A stretch of 64,000 nt of DNA from an uncultured Opitutales bacterium (lineage in GTDB: Bacteria; Verrucomicrobiota; Verrucomicrobiia; Opitutales; UBA9783). Shown one piece after another: positions 17,516 to 26,835 of the stretch. Each line of letters starts with the position of its first letter. Position 1 is the stretch's first letter. The position numbers and the translations under genes were made by a program. The stretch spans positions 536,880-600,879 of the forward strand of contig CAKUSQ010000001.1 in the NCBI GenBank assembly GCA_934691225.1, in the 5' to 3' direction. The notes beneath the pieces are model-generated. The model was not told where the DNA came from. It made no database searches and was given only the letters and a program-made list of their open reading frames with translations.

Positions 17516-20500
17516 ATGAAAAAATGCTTGAAATATACAGTGGGATTGATGTCTTTAAGCGCTATTTTAATGGTACTTTTAATGATTGTTTCTCCTCTAC
17601 AGCGGTTTTGTTGTTCAATTATTTTGCACTGTTGTTTTAAAGAAGTTGTTATTTTGAATTATCGTGGTGGTTTAACATCAATATCCGTCGATAAAATTGC
17701 GGCTAAAAATGACAAGGCAGCATTTGAACTTAAAGATTTTAAATTGGAATGGCATCCGTGGAAATTACTTTTTGGAAGAGAATTGAATGTTACTTGTTTG
17801 CAGGGGTATTTGAATTTAAATTGTAAAAAGAAAGCAGCTGATAAATTATTATCTTATAAAGCTGGCTGGCAAGTAAGCCCTCTAGGGGCAAATAAAAATA
17901 CCTTTAGTTTTTTGAAGAAAATGCAATTTCCAGTGAAGTTAAATATTGATACATTGGATGTGGGAGGAAGTGGATTTTTTAACGAATTGCAGGTGGATAA
18001 CATTCATGTGATTTTAAAAAATGTAAAACCAGAACAAGCGGGAGAGGGGCAATACACAGCAATGTTTAGAATGCCTTTGAATGCAAAAGACCTTTCGGTT
18101 CAAGTTCAGGGGGATTTGCAAGTTTTTTCTAATAAAAAAAATTTATTAAGTTCAGTAAAGTGCAGTGGAAAAGTTAATTTGTCAGCGGATAATAAAAAAT
18201 ACCCAAGAATTATTTATACATTGAGTGTCGAAGGGAAAGATAGCTCTCCTCAAGAACACTTAAAGTTTGCGCTTCATTGTGGGCAAGCGAATGATTTTAC
18301 GTTGGTTGGTGAATCATTCAAAACAACAGATTATGCATATAATTTTAAATGGCAGGGTGTTTTTGATCACAGTTTGTTAAAAATATTTTTTCCTGAATAT
18401 ACGCCTGTGTTATCATTGCTTGCAGAAGGAGATTGTTTTCTTCGGAGAAAAGATTTAACATGGGGCAGTCATACTTATTTGAGTGCTTGGGCCAAACACC
18501 TTGAAGCGTTAGATCCATCATTGAAAATGATCCCAAGTTTAAATTTTAAGGCGAAGTTTGATGCAGATTTCGATTCTAATAGTGTTTGTTTTAAGCAGTA
18601 TAAAATTTCTGTGAAAGAAAAAGGAGCTCAGCGGTTATTTTTTGATTTAAATAGTCTTCAAGCGTTAACGTATCGTTATAAAACAGGTTTTGAAAAACCT
18701 AAAAAAGATGTTCAGTTGGCAGAGATTAATTTCTATGAAATTCCTTTTGAAATTTTTAATCCGTATTTACAAAAATATAAATGTCAGATTCGTGGATGTT
18801 TGAATACAGGGACGCTTAATTTTGCTTGGGATGAGCATAAAAACCAATGGAATATTTCAACTTTGCAGCCGTTAGCTTTTCATATTCAACATTTTGATGT
18901 CGATAAGAAAAATGTTGTTAGCGATGTCGATGGGCACATTAAAGAGAAGCTTTATTTGCAACAAGATATGTCCAAAGTGGAGTTTGATACGAATATATTG
19001 CTGACGGATACGAAATTTATGCCATTTTTTGAATTTATAGCCAAGGGGCATATAGGTTCAAATTCAAGCCAAATTTCGGGTTCAATTGATTTTAATCATC
19101 GTTGTGCAGAGCAATTGCTCCATTTGGAAAATTTAGATTGTCGTTTACATCCGGATTTATGTTTTAAAGGAGAATACAGTTTTTCAAGTAAGTCAGATAA
19201 AATTTTATTTAATACATTGAATTTATCAGCAAGTTCAGCTTCTGAAAATAAAAAGTGGTTGACATTAAATTTGTGGCAACCTGTTTCTATAAGTTGTAAG
19301 AATGAGATAAAGTTTGATCGAGAGGGGCAAATTATAACCTTAAAGGCTGATAGATGTCCTGTAAATCTTGTTGAAGCAGGTAAAGTAAGTTTGAAGGGAG
19401 AATTTTCTTGCGATTCAGAATTAGTATCTAAAGAAAATGCTGTAAACCTTATAGCAACAGATCCTTTGAAAATTACAGATTTAAAGGTAGGTTTTCAGCA
19501 GCAAGACTGGGTAAATATAACTCAAGCACAAGCAAAACTTCAGGGAAATTATTTAAAAAAGAAATGGCATTGCGATTTAGAAGATGTGAGTGTTTTGATG
19601 GATAAGGACGCTTTATTTTCTGGATACGTTAAGTTGGCTGGAAATGACTCAAAGATTAAAACTTCAGAAGGCCAATTTAAATTACAATTAGATTCATTAA
19701 GTATGCAGCCTTTTGCCCTAAAATATCCAGGACTTGTGGGTGAAGTTTCTGGACATTGGGATTTTGCAGATAAAAGGAAAGTTGCAAATGGGCATGCTAA
19801 TGTAGGTTGTGTGGAGTTTCCATTGAACATGGATGTAAAGATGGCGTATGAATTTGATCCTACCCATGAGCATCATTGGAAAGGTATAGGAGAATTGCGC
19901 GATAAGGATCATGTAAGCGATCTTAATGTGGATCTTTCAGTCAAAAAGGATGGTGTGTTTAATGGCCATATCGTAAGCGAAAAGATGTTTTTAAAAGATG
20001 TTTTGGCAACGATTTTTGGTGTGAAAAAGGTAAGTGAAGCTTTGATAAAAGCGAAACCAGAAACTACTGATGTTGCTTTGAATGCGAGAAATGAGGCGGA
20101 AACAAAGCAGGAAATACCTGTCGTAGGAACCTGTGATTTTAATTTTAAATCTATGGTTGCAAATGATGTCTTTTTAAAAGGTTTTACGGGACTATTGGAT
20201 GTTAATAAAGAGAGTATTGCCTTGAAAAACATTCAGGGTGAATTGTGTGAAGGTCGTATTAACGGTCATGGAAAATATTTTATAGAAAAATCGGATGCTA
20301 AAGTAGAATGGTCGTTCAATGGTGAGAATATGCAATTATCTCAGTTATGGGATATTCCATCTGCATTGAATTATCCTCTAGATCGTTATGGACAGTTGGC
20401 AGGAACATTGCGTTTGGGAAGCAATGGAGAGTGCTCTTTAAACAGTATGCAGAGTTTACGCGGCCAGGTTTCGGCGAAAATTACAGATGGTTATTATAAG

Positions 20501-21010
20501 GCGATAAGTAATGCTTCGCTTGCAGGACAAGCTGTATCAGGACTTACAACGACGTTAGGGTTAGTTTTAGGAGCAAATTTTTCAGGGATGAGCAATGTCG
20601 GTTTTTTAACCTCTTATCTACGTGCGATCCCTTTTAAATCTTTAGACCTAGATGTTCAACGTTTAACCGATGAGCAAGTGGTGGCAAAAACAGCTTTGTT
20701 GAACGATGATTTTGCTTTTTACACAGATAATCAGTTTTTAACGCAGCCAGGGAAATTTTGGCAAAATCAGCCGTTTGTAAGTCATTTATGGTTAAATGCG
20801 TCGAAAGCAAGCCCTTTGATGAATTACTTTGATTTTGATGAGGATTTGTCGGATGGGTTAGGTTATTGTCCTGGACCTAAATGTACGATCGATGGGACTT
20901 TAGGTAAACCTAATTATGCTGCTTTGTTGAACATTATTGTAAATAAAAAAAATCGTAAAGAAGTTGATAATAAGTCGCCGGTTCAACAATTGCTTCGACA
21001 GCTTTTTTAG
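17516..21010 (+). CDS. Very large (1164 aa) membrane-anchored envelope protein, AsmA/TamB-like by architecture only
   Basis: It has a single N-terminal TM segment (VGLMSLSAILMVLLMIV) followed by about 1100 aa of beta-rich sequence with no enzymatic motifs. The N-terminal pattern resembles AsmA-family proteins. The family assignment is tentative. Confidence 0.45.
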   Translation: MKKCLKYTVGLMSLSAILMVLLMIVSPLQRFCCSIILHCCFKEVVILNYRGGLTSISVDKIAAKNDKAAFELKDFKLEWHPWKLLFGRELNVTCLQGYLNLNCKKKAADKLLSYKAGWQVSPLGANKNTFSFLKKMQFPVKLNIDTLDVGGSGFFNELQVDNIHVILKNVKPEQAGEGQYTAMFRMPLNAKDLSVQVQGDLQVFSNKKNLLSSVKCSGKVNLSADNKKYPRIIYTLSVEGKDSSPQEHLKFALHCGQANDFTLVGESFKTTDYAYNFKWQGVFDHSLLKIFFPEYTPVLSLLAEGDCFLRRKDLTWGSHTYLSAWAKHLEALDPSLKMIPSLNFKAKFDADFDSNSVCFKQYKISVKEKGAQRLFFDLNSLQALTYRYKTGFEKPKKDVQLAEINFYEIPFEIFNPYLQKYKCQIRGCLNTGTLNFAWDEHKNQWNISTLQPLAFHIQHFDVDKKNVVSDVDGHIKEKLYLQQDMSKVEFDTNILLTDTKFMPFFEFIAKGHIGSNSSQISGSIDFNHRCAEQLLHLENLDCRLHPDLCFKGEYSFSSKSDKILFNTLNLSASSASENKKWLTLNLWQPVSISCKNEIKFDREGQIITLKADRCPVNLVEAGKVSLKGEFSCDSELVSKENAVNLIATDPLKITDLKVGFQQQDWVNITQAQAKLQGNYLKKKWHCDLEDVSVLMDKDALFSGYVKLAGNDSKIKTSEGQFKLQLDSLSMQPFALKYPGLVGEVSGHWDFADKRKVANGHANVGCVEFPLNMDVKMAYEFDPTHEHHWKGIGELRDKDHVSDLNVDLSVKKDGVFNGHIVSEKMFLKDVLATIFGVKKVSEALIKAKPETTDVALNARNEAETKQEIPVVGTCDFNFKSMVANDVFLKGFTGLLDVNKESIALKNIQGELCEGRINGHGKYFIEKSDAKVEWSFNGENMQLSQLWDIPSALNYPLDRYGQLAGTLRLGSNGECSLNSMQSLRGQVSAKITDGYYKAISNASLAGQAVSGLTTTLGLVLGANFSGMSNVGFLTSYLRAIPFKSLDLDVQRLTDEQVVAKTALLNDDFAFYTDNQFLTQPGKFWQNQPFVSHLWLNASKASPLMNYFDFDEDLSDGLGYCPGPKCTIDGTLGKPNYAALLNIIVNKKNRKEVDNKSPVQQLLRQLF

Positions 21011-21085
21011 TTGTTATGTGTAATTTTATTGCTTGCTTATCCTAAATTTCAGCATTATAATATGCTTATGATAAAGAAGGATGAG

Positions 21086-21439
21086 ATGAAAGCAAAAACA
21101 GTAAAATGTGAAAAACCAATAGGTTCTTTACAGCATCATTGTAAGACAACGGCATGTAAATGTAAATCTAGTAAACAACGATTAGTTTCGGTTGTTTGTG
21201 CAGCGTGTGATGTTGGTTGGGGAAATACTTTGTTCATCCGCGGTGATGGAGCTTCTTTAAGCTGGGATAAAGGTGCGGCATTGGCGTACGATGAAAAAAC
21301 CAAAGGTTGGTTGTTTAAAATGCGTTGCACGAATCCTGTTGAGTTTAAGGTTTTAATCAATGATGAGCGCTGGTCGGAAGGTGAAAACTTTACGTTGAAG
21401 CCGGGAGAAACATTAAAGATTCAGCCTAAATTTTTATAA
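21086..21439 (+). CDS. Small protein with C-terminal CBM20-like (starch/glycogen-binding) beta-sandwich and a Cys/Lys/His-rich N-terminus
   Basis: VSVVCAACDVGWGNTLFIRGDGASLSWDKGAALAYDEKTKGWLFKMRCTNPVEFKVLINDERWSEGENFTL follows the CBM20 pattern (G..l.i.G....LG.W......l......W.......eFK.li.....WE.g.N). The ATG at 21086 has an upstream aaggatgag. The ORF-track TTG at 21011 is considered unlikely. No signal peptide. Confidence 0.5.
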   Translation: MKAKTVKCEKPIGSLQHHCKTTACKCKSSKQRLVSVVCAACDVGWGNTLFIRGDGASLSWDKGAALAYDEKTKGWLFKMRCTNPVEFKVLINDERWSEGENFTLKPGETLKIQPKFL

Positions 21440-21632
21440 AAGTTGAGCGGTTAAAGTTCAGATAAATTTTTTTTGTATTTGTGAGTGATTATATGGGTGC
21501 GTAAAAATGTGTTGAAGCCCATATAACCGTTTTTTATGAAAGTGCTTTACGAGAATGTATAAAAATATTAAATTTTATACATAAAAATATTGACAGTGAG
21601 AAAAAAGTAGAGCACATTTATTTATGTATTTC

Positions 21633-21708
21633 GCGAGCGTAGCTCAGATGGTAGAGCACCACCTTGCCAAGGTGGACGTCGAGGGTCCGAATCCCTTCGC
21701 TCGCTCCA
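21633..21708 (+). tRNA. tRNA-Gly (anticodon GCC), CCA encoded
   Basis: Folded manually. Acceptor GCGAGCG/CGCUCGC, D arm GCUC..GAGC, anticodon stem CCACC/GGUGG with loop UUGCCAA, and T arm GAGGG-UCCGAAU-CCCUU. Confidence 0.93.
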
Positions 21709-21765
21709 GGTTTTCAATTTTAAAATGAATATTGTGAAAGGTTATATAACCCGGGGCGAACGTCT

Positions 21766-22536
21766 ATGGAAAGCAAAACTCCTTTAATCCAAGTAAAAAA
21801 TTTAAATAAATATTATCACCAAGATCTCATCCTAAAAGATATTAGTGTGAGCATTGAGGAGGGGGATTTAGTATCTATTATAGGACCTTCGGGGTGTGGA
21901 AAATCAACTTTTTTGCGCTGTTTAAATGGAATGGAGGTTTTGGATTCAGGAGAAATCAAAATTGATGGGGTTACTTTGTTGCGAGAAACACCTACAATTC
22001 CTTTAGGACGTAAATTTCATCAAAAAACACATGATTTGCGTCAACGTGTAGGTATGGTTTTTCAGTCTTTTAATTTGTTTCCACATAAAACACTGCTTCA
22101 GAATGTGATGATGGCTCCTGTAATTGTTCAGCATAAGACGCGAGCAGAAGCGGAATTTATCGCATTAAAATTTTTAGATAAGGTTGGGTTAAAAAAGTTT
22201 GCAGATCGTTATCCTGCTTATTTATCGGGGGGTCAGCAGCAACGTGGTGCCATTGCGAGAGCTTTGGCTTTATCCCCTAAAGTAATGCTTTACGATGAAC
22301 CTACGTCAGCCATTGATCCAGCACGTGTGGATGAAGTTTTGGATGTTATGCGTGATTTGGATAAAGAAGGCATGACACAAATCATTGTTACACATGAGAT
22401 GCGTTTTGCCAAAGATGCTTCAGATTACATTATTTACATGGAACAGGGAGAGTTTATTGAAATTTCAGATGAGGATGAAATATTCATAACACCTAAAGAT
22501 GAACGTACACGTCGATTTTTGAAAAATTTTATGTGA
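21766..22536 (+). CDS. Polar amino-acid ABC transporter ATP-binding protein (GlnQ/ArtP-like)
   Basis: Walker A GPSGCGKST, signature LSGGQQQRGAIARAL, Walker B MLYDEPTSAIDP, and H-loop VTHEM. Confidence 0.9.
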   Translation: MESKTPLIQVKNLNKYYHQDLILKDISVSIEEGDLVSIIGPSGCGKSTFLRCLNGMEVLDSGEIKIDGVTLLRETPTIPLGRKFHQKTHDLRQRVGMVFQSFNLFPHKTLLQNVMMAPVIVQHKTRAEAEFIALKFLDKVGLKKFADRYPAYLSGGQQQRGAIARALALSPKVMLYDEPTSAIDPARVDEVLDVMRDLDKEGMTQIIVTHEMRFAKDASDYIIYMEQGEFIEISDEDEIFITPKDERTRRFLKNFM

Positions 22537-22537
22537 A

Positions 22538-24067
22538 ATGAAAAAAGTCTGTGTAATTTTATGTGTTATAATGCAGGGTTTGTTAATGTTAGCAGATACC
22601 AATGATAGCGCTGTTTTGCGTTGGGCTGCTGATGCTGAATCGGGTGTTCCGAATGTTTTTTTCAGTCCAAATAATCCTGATAAAATCACAGGTTTTGAAT
22701 ATGATATAGCAGAAGCAATAGCGGCGTGTTTAGGAAAACAATTGCAGTTTTTTGCAAATGATTGGGAAATGTTAGTGCCTGGATTGCAACGTGGGCAGTA
22801 TGACATTTTGCTTAATGCGATTGAATATAATGTTTGGCAACCTCTGGCTCAAAAAGCAGGTGTTGCTTTGTCGGTACCCTATTACATTACGCAGCTTCAG
22901 TTAGTTGTTTTGCAAACATCTTCTATTCAAAGTTTTTTAGATTGTACTGGAAAACGTATTGGAATTTTAAAACAATCGTGGCATGCAGAGAAAGCACTGA
23001 GGCGTTTATCAAATAGCGATGTGGTTGTTTATGATGATGAGGTAAAAGCTTATGCTGATTTGAAAAATAAACGTTTAGATGGGGTTTTGTTGGATTACCC
23101 TGAATCCTTTTATTATTCCAACATTGATAGCGATGTACGTTTAGTGAGGGATTCGATTATGCCAATAGCGTATTCAGTGATGGTGCGTGTGGAAGATGTA
23201 ACGTTGTTAAAATCGATTAATGCCGCGATAGCTCGGTTAAAATCCGATGGAACGTTTCGCCAAATTTTAGAAAATTGGCATCTTTGGAATAAAGAAACCG
23301 AAGACTATTATAAAGAAGGAACCTTTAAAAAGGATGCTTTTGCGCAATATATTTCAGATGTGAAGGATATGCAGCAGTCAGAGCATTTTATTTTTACATG
23401 TTTGCCTATTTTTGCCAGAGCTGCTTGGGTAACTTTAAAAATATCATTATTTGCTATGTTGTTAGCACTATTGATGGGATGTCCATTAGCTATACTGAGA
23501 ACGTATGGAAGTCGTGGAATTCGGTGCATTGTTTCCATATACGTAGAGTGTGTCCGTGGAACGCCATTACTAATACAATTGTTGCTTATTTTTTATGGAC
23601 TTCCAACCTTGTCTCCTTATTTGCCGAATCCTTTATCACAATGGATTTGTTTGAGTCCTTTTGTGGCGGGTGTTCTAGCGTTAGGAATTAATTATTCAGC
23701 TTATGAATCGGAAATTTATCGTGCAGGTTTGTTAGCAGTTCCAGCAGGACAAATGGAAGCAGCTCGGGCTTTGGGGATGACACATGCACAGGCATTGTTT
23801 CATGTTGTGTTTCCTCAAGCGATACGAACGGTTATTCCACCTGTAACCAATGATTTTATCATGTTGTTACAGGATTCCTCATTGGTTTCCATGATCACTA
23901 TCGTTGAGTTAACGCGAACGTACCAATGTTTAGCCGCTACACATTTTAATTATTTGCAAACGGGATTGATCGTAGCTGGATTTTATTTGCTTATCGGATT
24001 CCCATTCATTCGTTTGGCTCGTCGGTTTGAAAAGAAAATTACCTGTAAAATAAGAAGGATCTCATGA
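22538..24067 (+). CDS. Fused polar amino-acid solute-binding domain + ABC permease (GlnP-like fusion)
   Basis: The N-terminal half is type-3 SBP-like (GFEYDIAEAIAACLGKQLQF...WEMLVPGLQRGQYDILLNAI). The C-terminal half is a His/Glu/Gln/Arg/opine-family permease with an EAA loop (MEAARALGMTHAQALFHVVFPQAIR). Confidence 0.85.
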   Translation: MKKVCVILCVIMQGLLMLADTNDSAVLRWAADAESGVPNVFFSPNNPDKITGFEYDIAEAIAACLGKQLQFFANDWEMLVPGLQRGQYDILLNAIEYNVWQPLAQKAGVALSVPYYITQLQLVVLQTSSIQSFLDCTGKRIGILKQSWHAEKALRRLSNSDVVVYDDEVKAYADLKNKRLDGVLLDYPESFYYSNIDSDVRLVRDSIMPIAYSVMVRVEDVTLLKSINAAIARLKSDGTFRQILENWHLWNKETEDYYKEGTFKKDAFAQYISDVKDMQQSEHFIFTCLPIFARAAWVTLKISLFAMLLALLMGCPLAILRTYGSRGIRCIVSIYVECVRGTPLLIQLLLIFYGLPTLSPYLPNPLSQWICLSPFVAGVLALGINYSAYESEIYRAGLLAVPAGQMEAARALGMTHAQALFHVVFPQAIRTVIPPVTNDFIMLLQDSSLVSMITIVELTRTYQCLAATHFNYLQTGLIVAGFYLLIGFPFIRLARRFEKKITCKIRRIS

Positions 24068-25005
24068 AGTTTTTTAATCGTTATACGCAAGAATTAGAGG
24101 AGGAGAAAACACCTAATGAAACGTGTTTGTATTTAATTTATACAACGCGATTTGGGCATATCTTGTTGCATCTATTGTTGAAGCGTGTTTTGGTTTCTAA
24201 GATTTTTGGGCTTTTTATGAACTTGAGAATTTCGAGGAGAAAAATTGCTTCATTTGTCCAAAGGTATAACATTGATTTAAATCAGTTTGAGGAAAAACCT
24301 AAGGGGTATAAACATTTTAATGATTTTTTTAGAAGAAAATTTCGTTACGGTGTTCGGCCTATCTGTGCCGATGATGATACCCTTTGTTTCCCTGCAGAAG
24401 GTCGTCATATAGGTTTTGCTGATGTAGATTTTGAGCAGACATTTTTCGTAAAAGGAAAACATTTTACATTAGAAAAACTGGTGAATAATAGAGCTGTGGC
24501 AGAATATTTTCGTGGAGGAAGTTGTGTGATAAGTCGTTTGTCGCCGGTAGACTACCATCGTTTCCATTTTCCTTGTGATTGTGTGCCACAAAAATCCTAC
24601 TGTATAAATGGAACATTACTTTCGGTGCATCCAATTGCTTTGCGAGAAGGTTTTCGCGTTTTTTGTGAAAATAAGCGATGGATGACAGTCTTAAAATCAG
24701 AAACATTAGGAACCATTTTAATGCTTGAAGTAGGTGCCACGTTGGTGGGAAGTGTAAAGCAAACATTTAAGCCATTCAATGCTGTAAAAAAAGGAGCTGA
24801 AAAAGGTTTCTTTTCTTTTGGTGGATCTACGGTTATCACTATTTTTGAGCGTGGACGTGTAGAATTATCAGATGATCTTCTGTATTGTACGCAGCGTGGT
24901 TTTGAATTGTACGCGCATGTGGGAGATTTTATGGGACAAAGAGCAGGTGTTTGGGAAGGTTGTTATGCAGAGTTTTCAGAAGATGGTGAAACTTTTATAG
25001 AATAA
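24064..25005 (+). CDS. psd: Phosphatidylserine decarboxylase proenzyme
   Basis: FSFGGSTVI (G-S-T self-cleavage site) lies near the C-terminus, with DYHRFH upstream. An ATGA overlap joins it to the preceding gene. Confidence 0.88.
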   Translation: MKFFNRYTQELEEEKTPNETCLYLIYTTRFGHILLHLLLKRVLVSKIFGLFMNLRISRRKIASFVQRYNIDLNQFEEKPKGYKHFNDFFRRKFRYGVRPICADDDTLCFPAEGRHIGFADVDFEQTFFVKGKHFTLEKLVNNRAVAEYFRGGSCVISRLSPVDYHRFHFPCDCVPQKSYCINGTLLSVHPIALREGFRVFCENKRWMTVLKSETLGTILMLEVGATLVGSVKQTFKPFNAVKKGAEKGFFSFGGSTVITIFERGRVELSDDLLYCTQRGFELYAHVGDFMGQRAGVWEGCYAEFSEDGETFIE

Positions 25006-25059
25006 TGATTTGCATTTTTTTTAAAATTAACTTTTTATGTCTTAAATTAAAATAGATCA

Positions 25060-26754
25060 ATGTCTAAACGTTTAGCAGTATCAGTTTATCTTGTATCGAT
25101 CTTGTTCTTCAGCTGTTTCTTTATTTTACCTATTTGGGAAATTCTTAGGGGTGGTTTTTTCGATTGTGATCATGGATTTACGCTGGATTATTTAAAAACT
25201 GTCTTTCAAAATCCTGTGTATGTAGAAGGCATTATTAATTCTTTTATTATGGGATTAGGCTCGACTGCATTAGGTCTCTGTATTGCAATTCCACTAGCTT
25301 ATGTATTTAATGGGTACGATTTTATTGGAAAGCGATTTTTTTCAAGTTTAGTCCTTTTACCGATCATGCTGCCACCATTTGTGGGTGCTAATGGTGTACT
25401 GCAATTGTTGGGAACGTATGGAACGTTGAACACAATCTTGATTAACTTAGGTTGGATGGACGTGCATCAACCGTTTGATTGGTTAGGCGCGTACCCGATG
25501 ATGAGCATTATTGCGATGAATGCTCTAAGTTTATACCCTATTTTATATTTAAATATAGTAGCATCGTTAGCGAATATTGATCCTGCTTTGGGTGAAGCTG
25601 CTGAAAACTTAGGATGCAAAGGGTTTCGAAAATTTTGGTACATAACATTACCACTTATTCGTCCAGGTATTTTTGCCGGTTGTACTATTGTTTTTATTTG
25701 GGCTTTTACAGAATTAGGTGTACCATTGATGTTTAATTATAATCGTATAACATCCGTACAAATTTACAATGGTTTAAAAGAGATAGGTGGAAATCCATTT
25801 CCTTATGCTTTAGTGGCCGTTATGTTTATTTTTTCTGCAGCTTTTTATCTATTAGGTAAGGGATTGTTTGAAAGGAATAATTATGCGATGTTAGCCAAAG
25901 CTTCGCATGGCGCTATGTGTAAAAAATTAGGTGTTTTAGGAAATTTCAGTTGTTGTTTATTATTTTCCGGCGTTACATTACTTGCTTTAGCTCCGCACGT
26001 TACAGTTGTACTTTTTTCGTTCGCTTCAGATTGGTATAAAAGTATATTTCCATCGGTGTGGACATTGGATAATTATATGGCTGCTTTAGGTGATTCATTG
26101 ACAATTCCTTCCATACAAAATAGTTTGATTTACGCATCTTGTGCTACAGTTGTTAGTGCTATTTTAGGGGTGGGGATTGCTTTTGTTGTTATTCGAACAA
26201 AACTGCCTGGACGACAACTGTTGGATACCTGTGCTATGATGCCTTTGGCGGTTCCGGGATTAGTAATGGCTTTTGGATTTGTAGCTATGTCGCAGGAAGG
26301 ACGTATTTTTGCGTGTTTAAATCCAGTAAAAAATCCAACCATTTTGTTGATTATTTCTTACGCGATTCGCAAGATTCCATTGATGGTTCGTTCAAGTGTT
26401 GCTGGACTTCAACAAATTTCCTCTACGTACGAGGAAGCTGCACAAAATTTAGGTTGTTCTTCTTTTAAAGCAATTCGTAAAATAACATTACCTTTAATCG
26501 CTGCAAATTTGATGGCAGGTGCAATATTGGTGTTTTCACAGGCGATGCTAGAAGTATCAGACTCGTTAATTTTAGCGCAAAAGCAAGCTTTTTATCCTAT
26601 CACAAAGTCAATTTATGAATTGCTCAATTTGTTAGGTAATGGAACTTTTCTTTCATGTGCTTTAGGTGTTTGGGCAATGACTTTTTTAGCTGTTACCATT
26701 ATTGGTGCTTCTGTTTTATTGGGAAAAAGTTTTGGTTCAATTTTCAAAGTTTAA
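25060..26754 (+). CDS. Two-module ABC permease of the Fe(III)/thiamine/polyamine (FbpB/ThiP-like) type
   Basis: 564 aa with duplicated MetI-like modules, each with an EAA loop (GEAAENLGCKGFRKFWYITLPLIRPG and EEAAQNLGCSSFKAIRKITLPLIAAN). No cognate ATPase or SBP gene is adjacent. Confidence 0.8.
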   Translation: MSKRLAVSVYLVSILFFSCFFILPIWEILRGGFFDCDHGFTLDYLKTVFQNPVYVEGIINSFIMGLGSTALGLCIAIPLAYVFNGYDFIGKRFFSSLVLLPIMLPPFVGANGVLQLLGTYGTLNTILINLGWMDVHQPFDWLGAYPMMSIIAMNALSLYPILYLNIVASLANIDPALGEAAENLGCKGFRKFWYITLPLIRPGIFAGCTIVFIWAFTELGVPLMFNYNRITSVQIYNGLKEIGGNPFPYALVAVMFIFSAAFYLLGKGLFERNNYAMLAKASHGAMCKKLGVLGNFSCCLLFSGVTLLALAPHVTVVLFSFASDWYKSIFPSVWTLDNYMAALGDSLTIPSIQNSLIYASCATVVSAILGVGIAFVVIRTKLPGRQLLDTCAMMPLAVPGLVMAFGFVAMSQEGRIFACLNPVKNPTILLIISYAIRKIPLMVRSSVAGLQQISSTYEEAAQNLGCSSFKAIRKITLPLIAANLMAGAILVFSQAMLEVSDSLILAQKQAFYPITKSIYELLNLLGNGTFLSCALGVWAMTFLAVTIIGASVLLGKSFGSIFKV

Positions 26755-26796
26755 AGGTTAAGTCTTCAATTAATTTATTCATAAACCGCTTTTTCA

Positions 26797-26824
26797 TTGA
26801 CGTAAAATGAAGAGTCGGTACGAT
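26797..26824 (+). promoter_or_regulatory. Candidate sigma-70-type promoter upstream of the ECF sigma operon
   Basis: TTGACG (26797-26802), a 16-nt spacer, then TACGAT (26819-26824), 11 nt before the ATG at 26836. No obvious ECF-type GGAAC/CGT promoter was seen. Confidence 0.35.
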
Positions 26825-26835
26825 GCTTACTACGC

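Noticed and set aside
19549-20232. Three antisense ORFs within the AsmA-like gene
   Set aside because: Shadow ORFs with no motifs. The sense frame is continuous for 1164 codons.
21011-21085. TTG-initiated N-terminal extension of the CBM20-like ORF (MLCVILLLAYPKF...)
   Set aside because: It would start on the nucleotide after the upstream stop, with a rare start codon. The internal ATG at 21086 has an SD-like aaggatgag. The extension might mimic a signal peptide, but I consider it non-coding.
21470-21530. Inverted repeat TTATATGGG...CCCATATAA downstream of the CBM20-like gene as a terminator
   Set aside because: The loop is about 20 nt and the trailing T-run is weak. This is not convincing enough to list as a feature.
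22465-22806. 113-aa antisense ORF across the ABC ATPase/permease junction
   Set aside because: It overlaps two well-supported sense genes and has no motifs.
24277-24839. Three antisense ORFs within psd
   Set aside because: Shadow ORFs. psd is supported by the GST cleavage motif.
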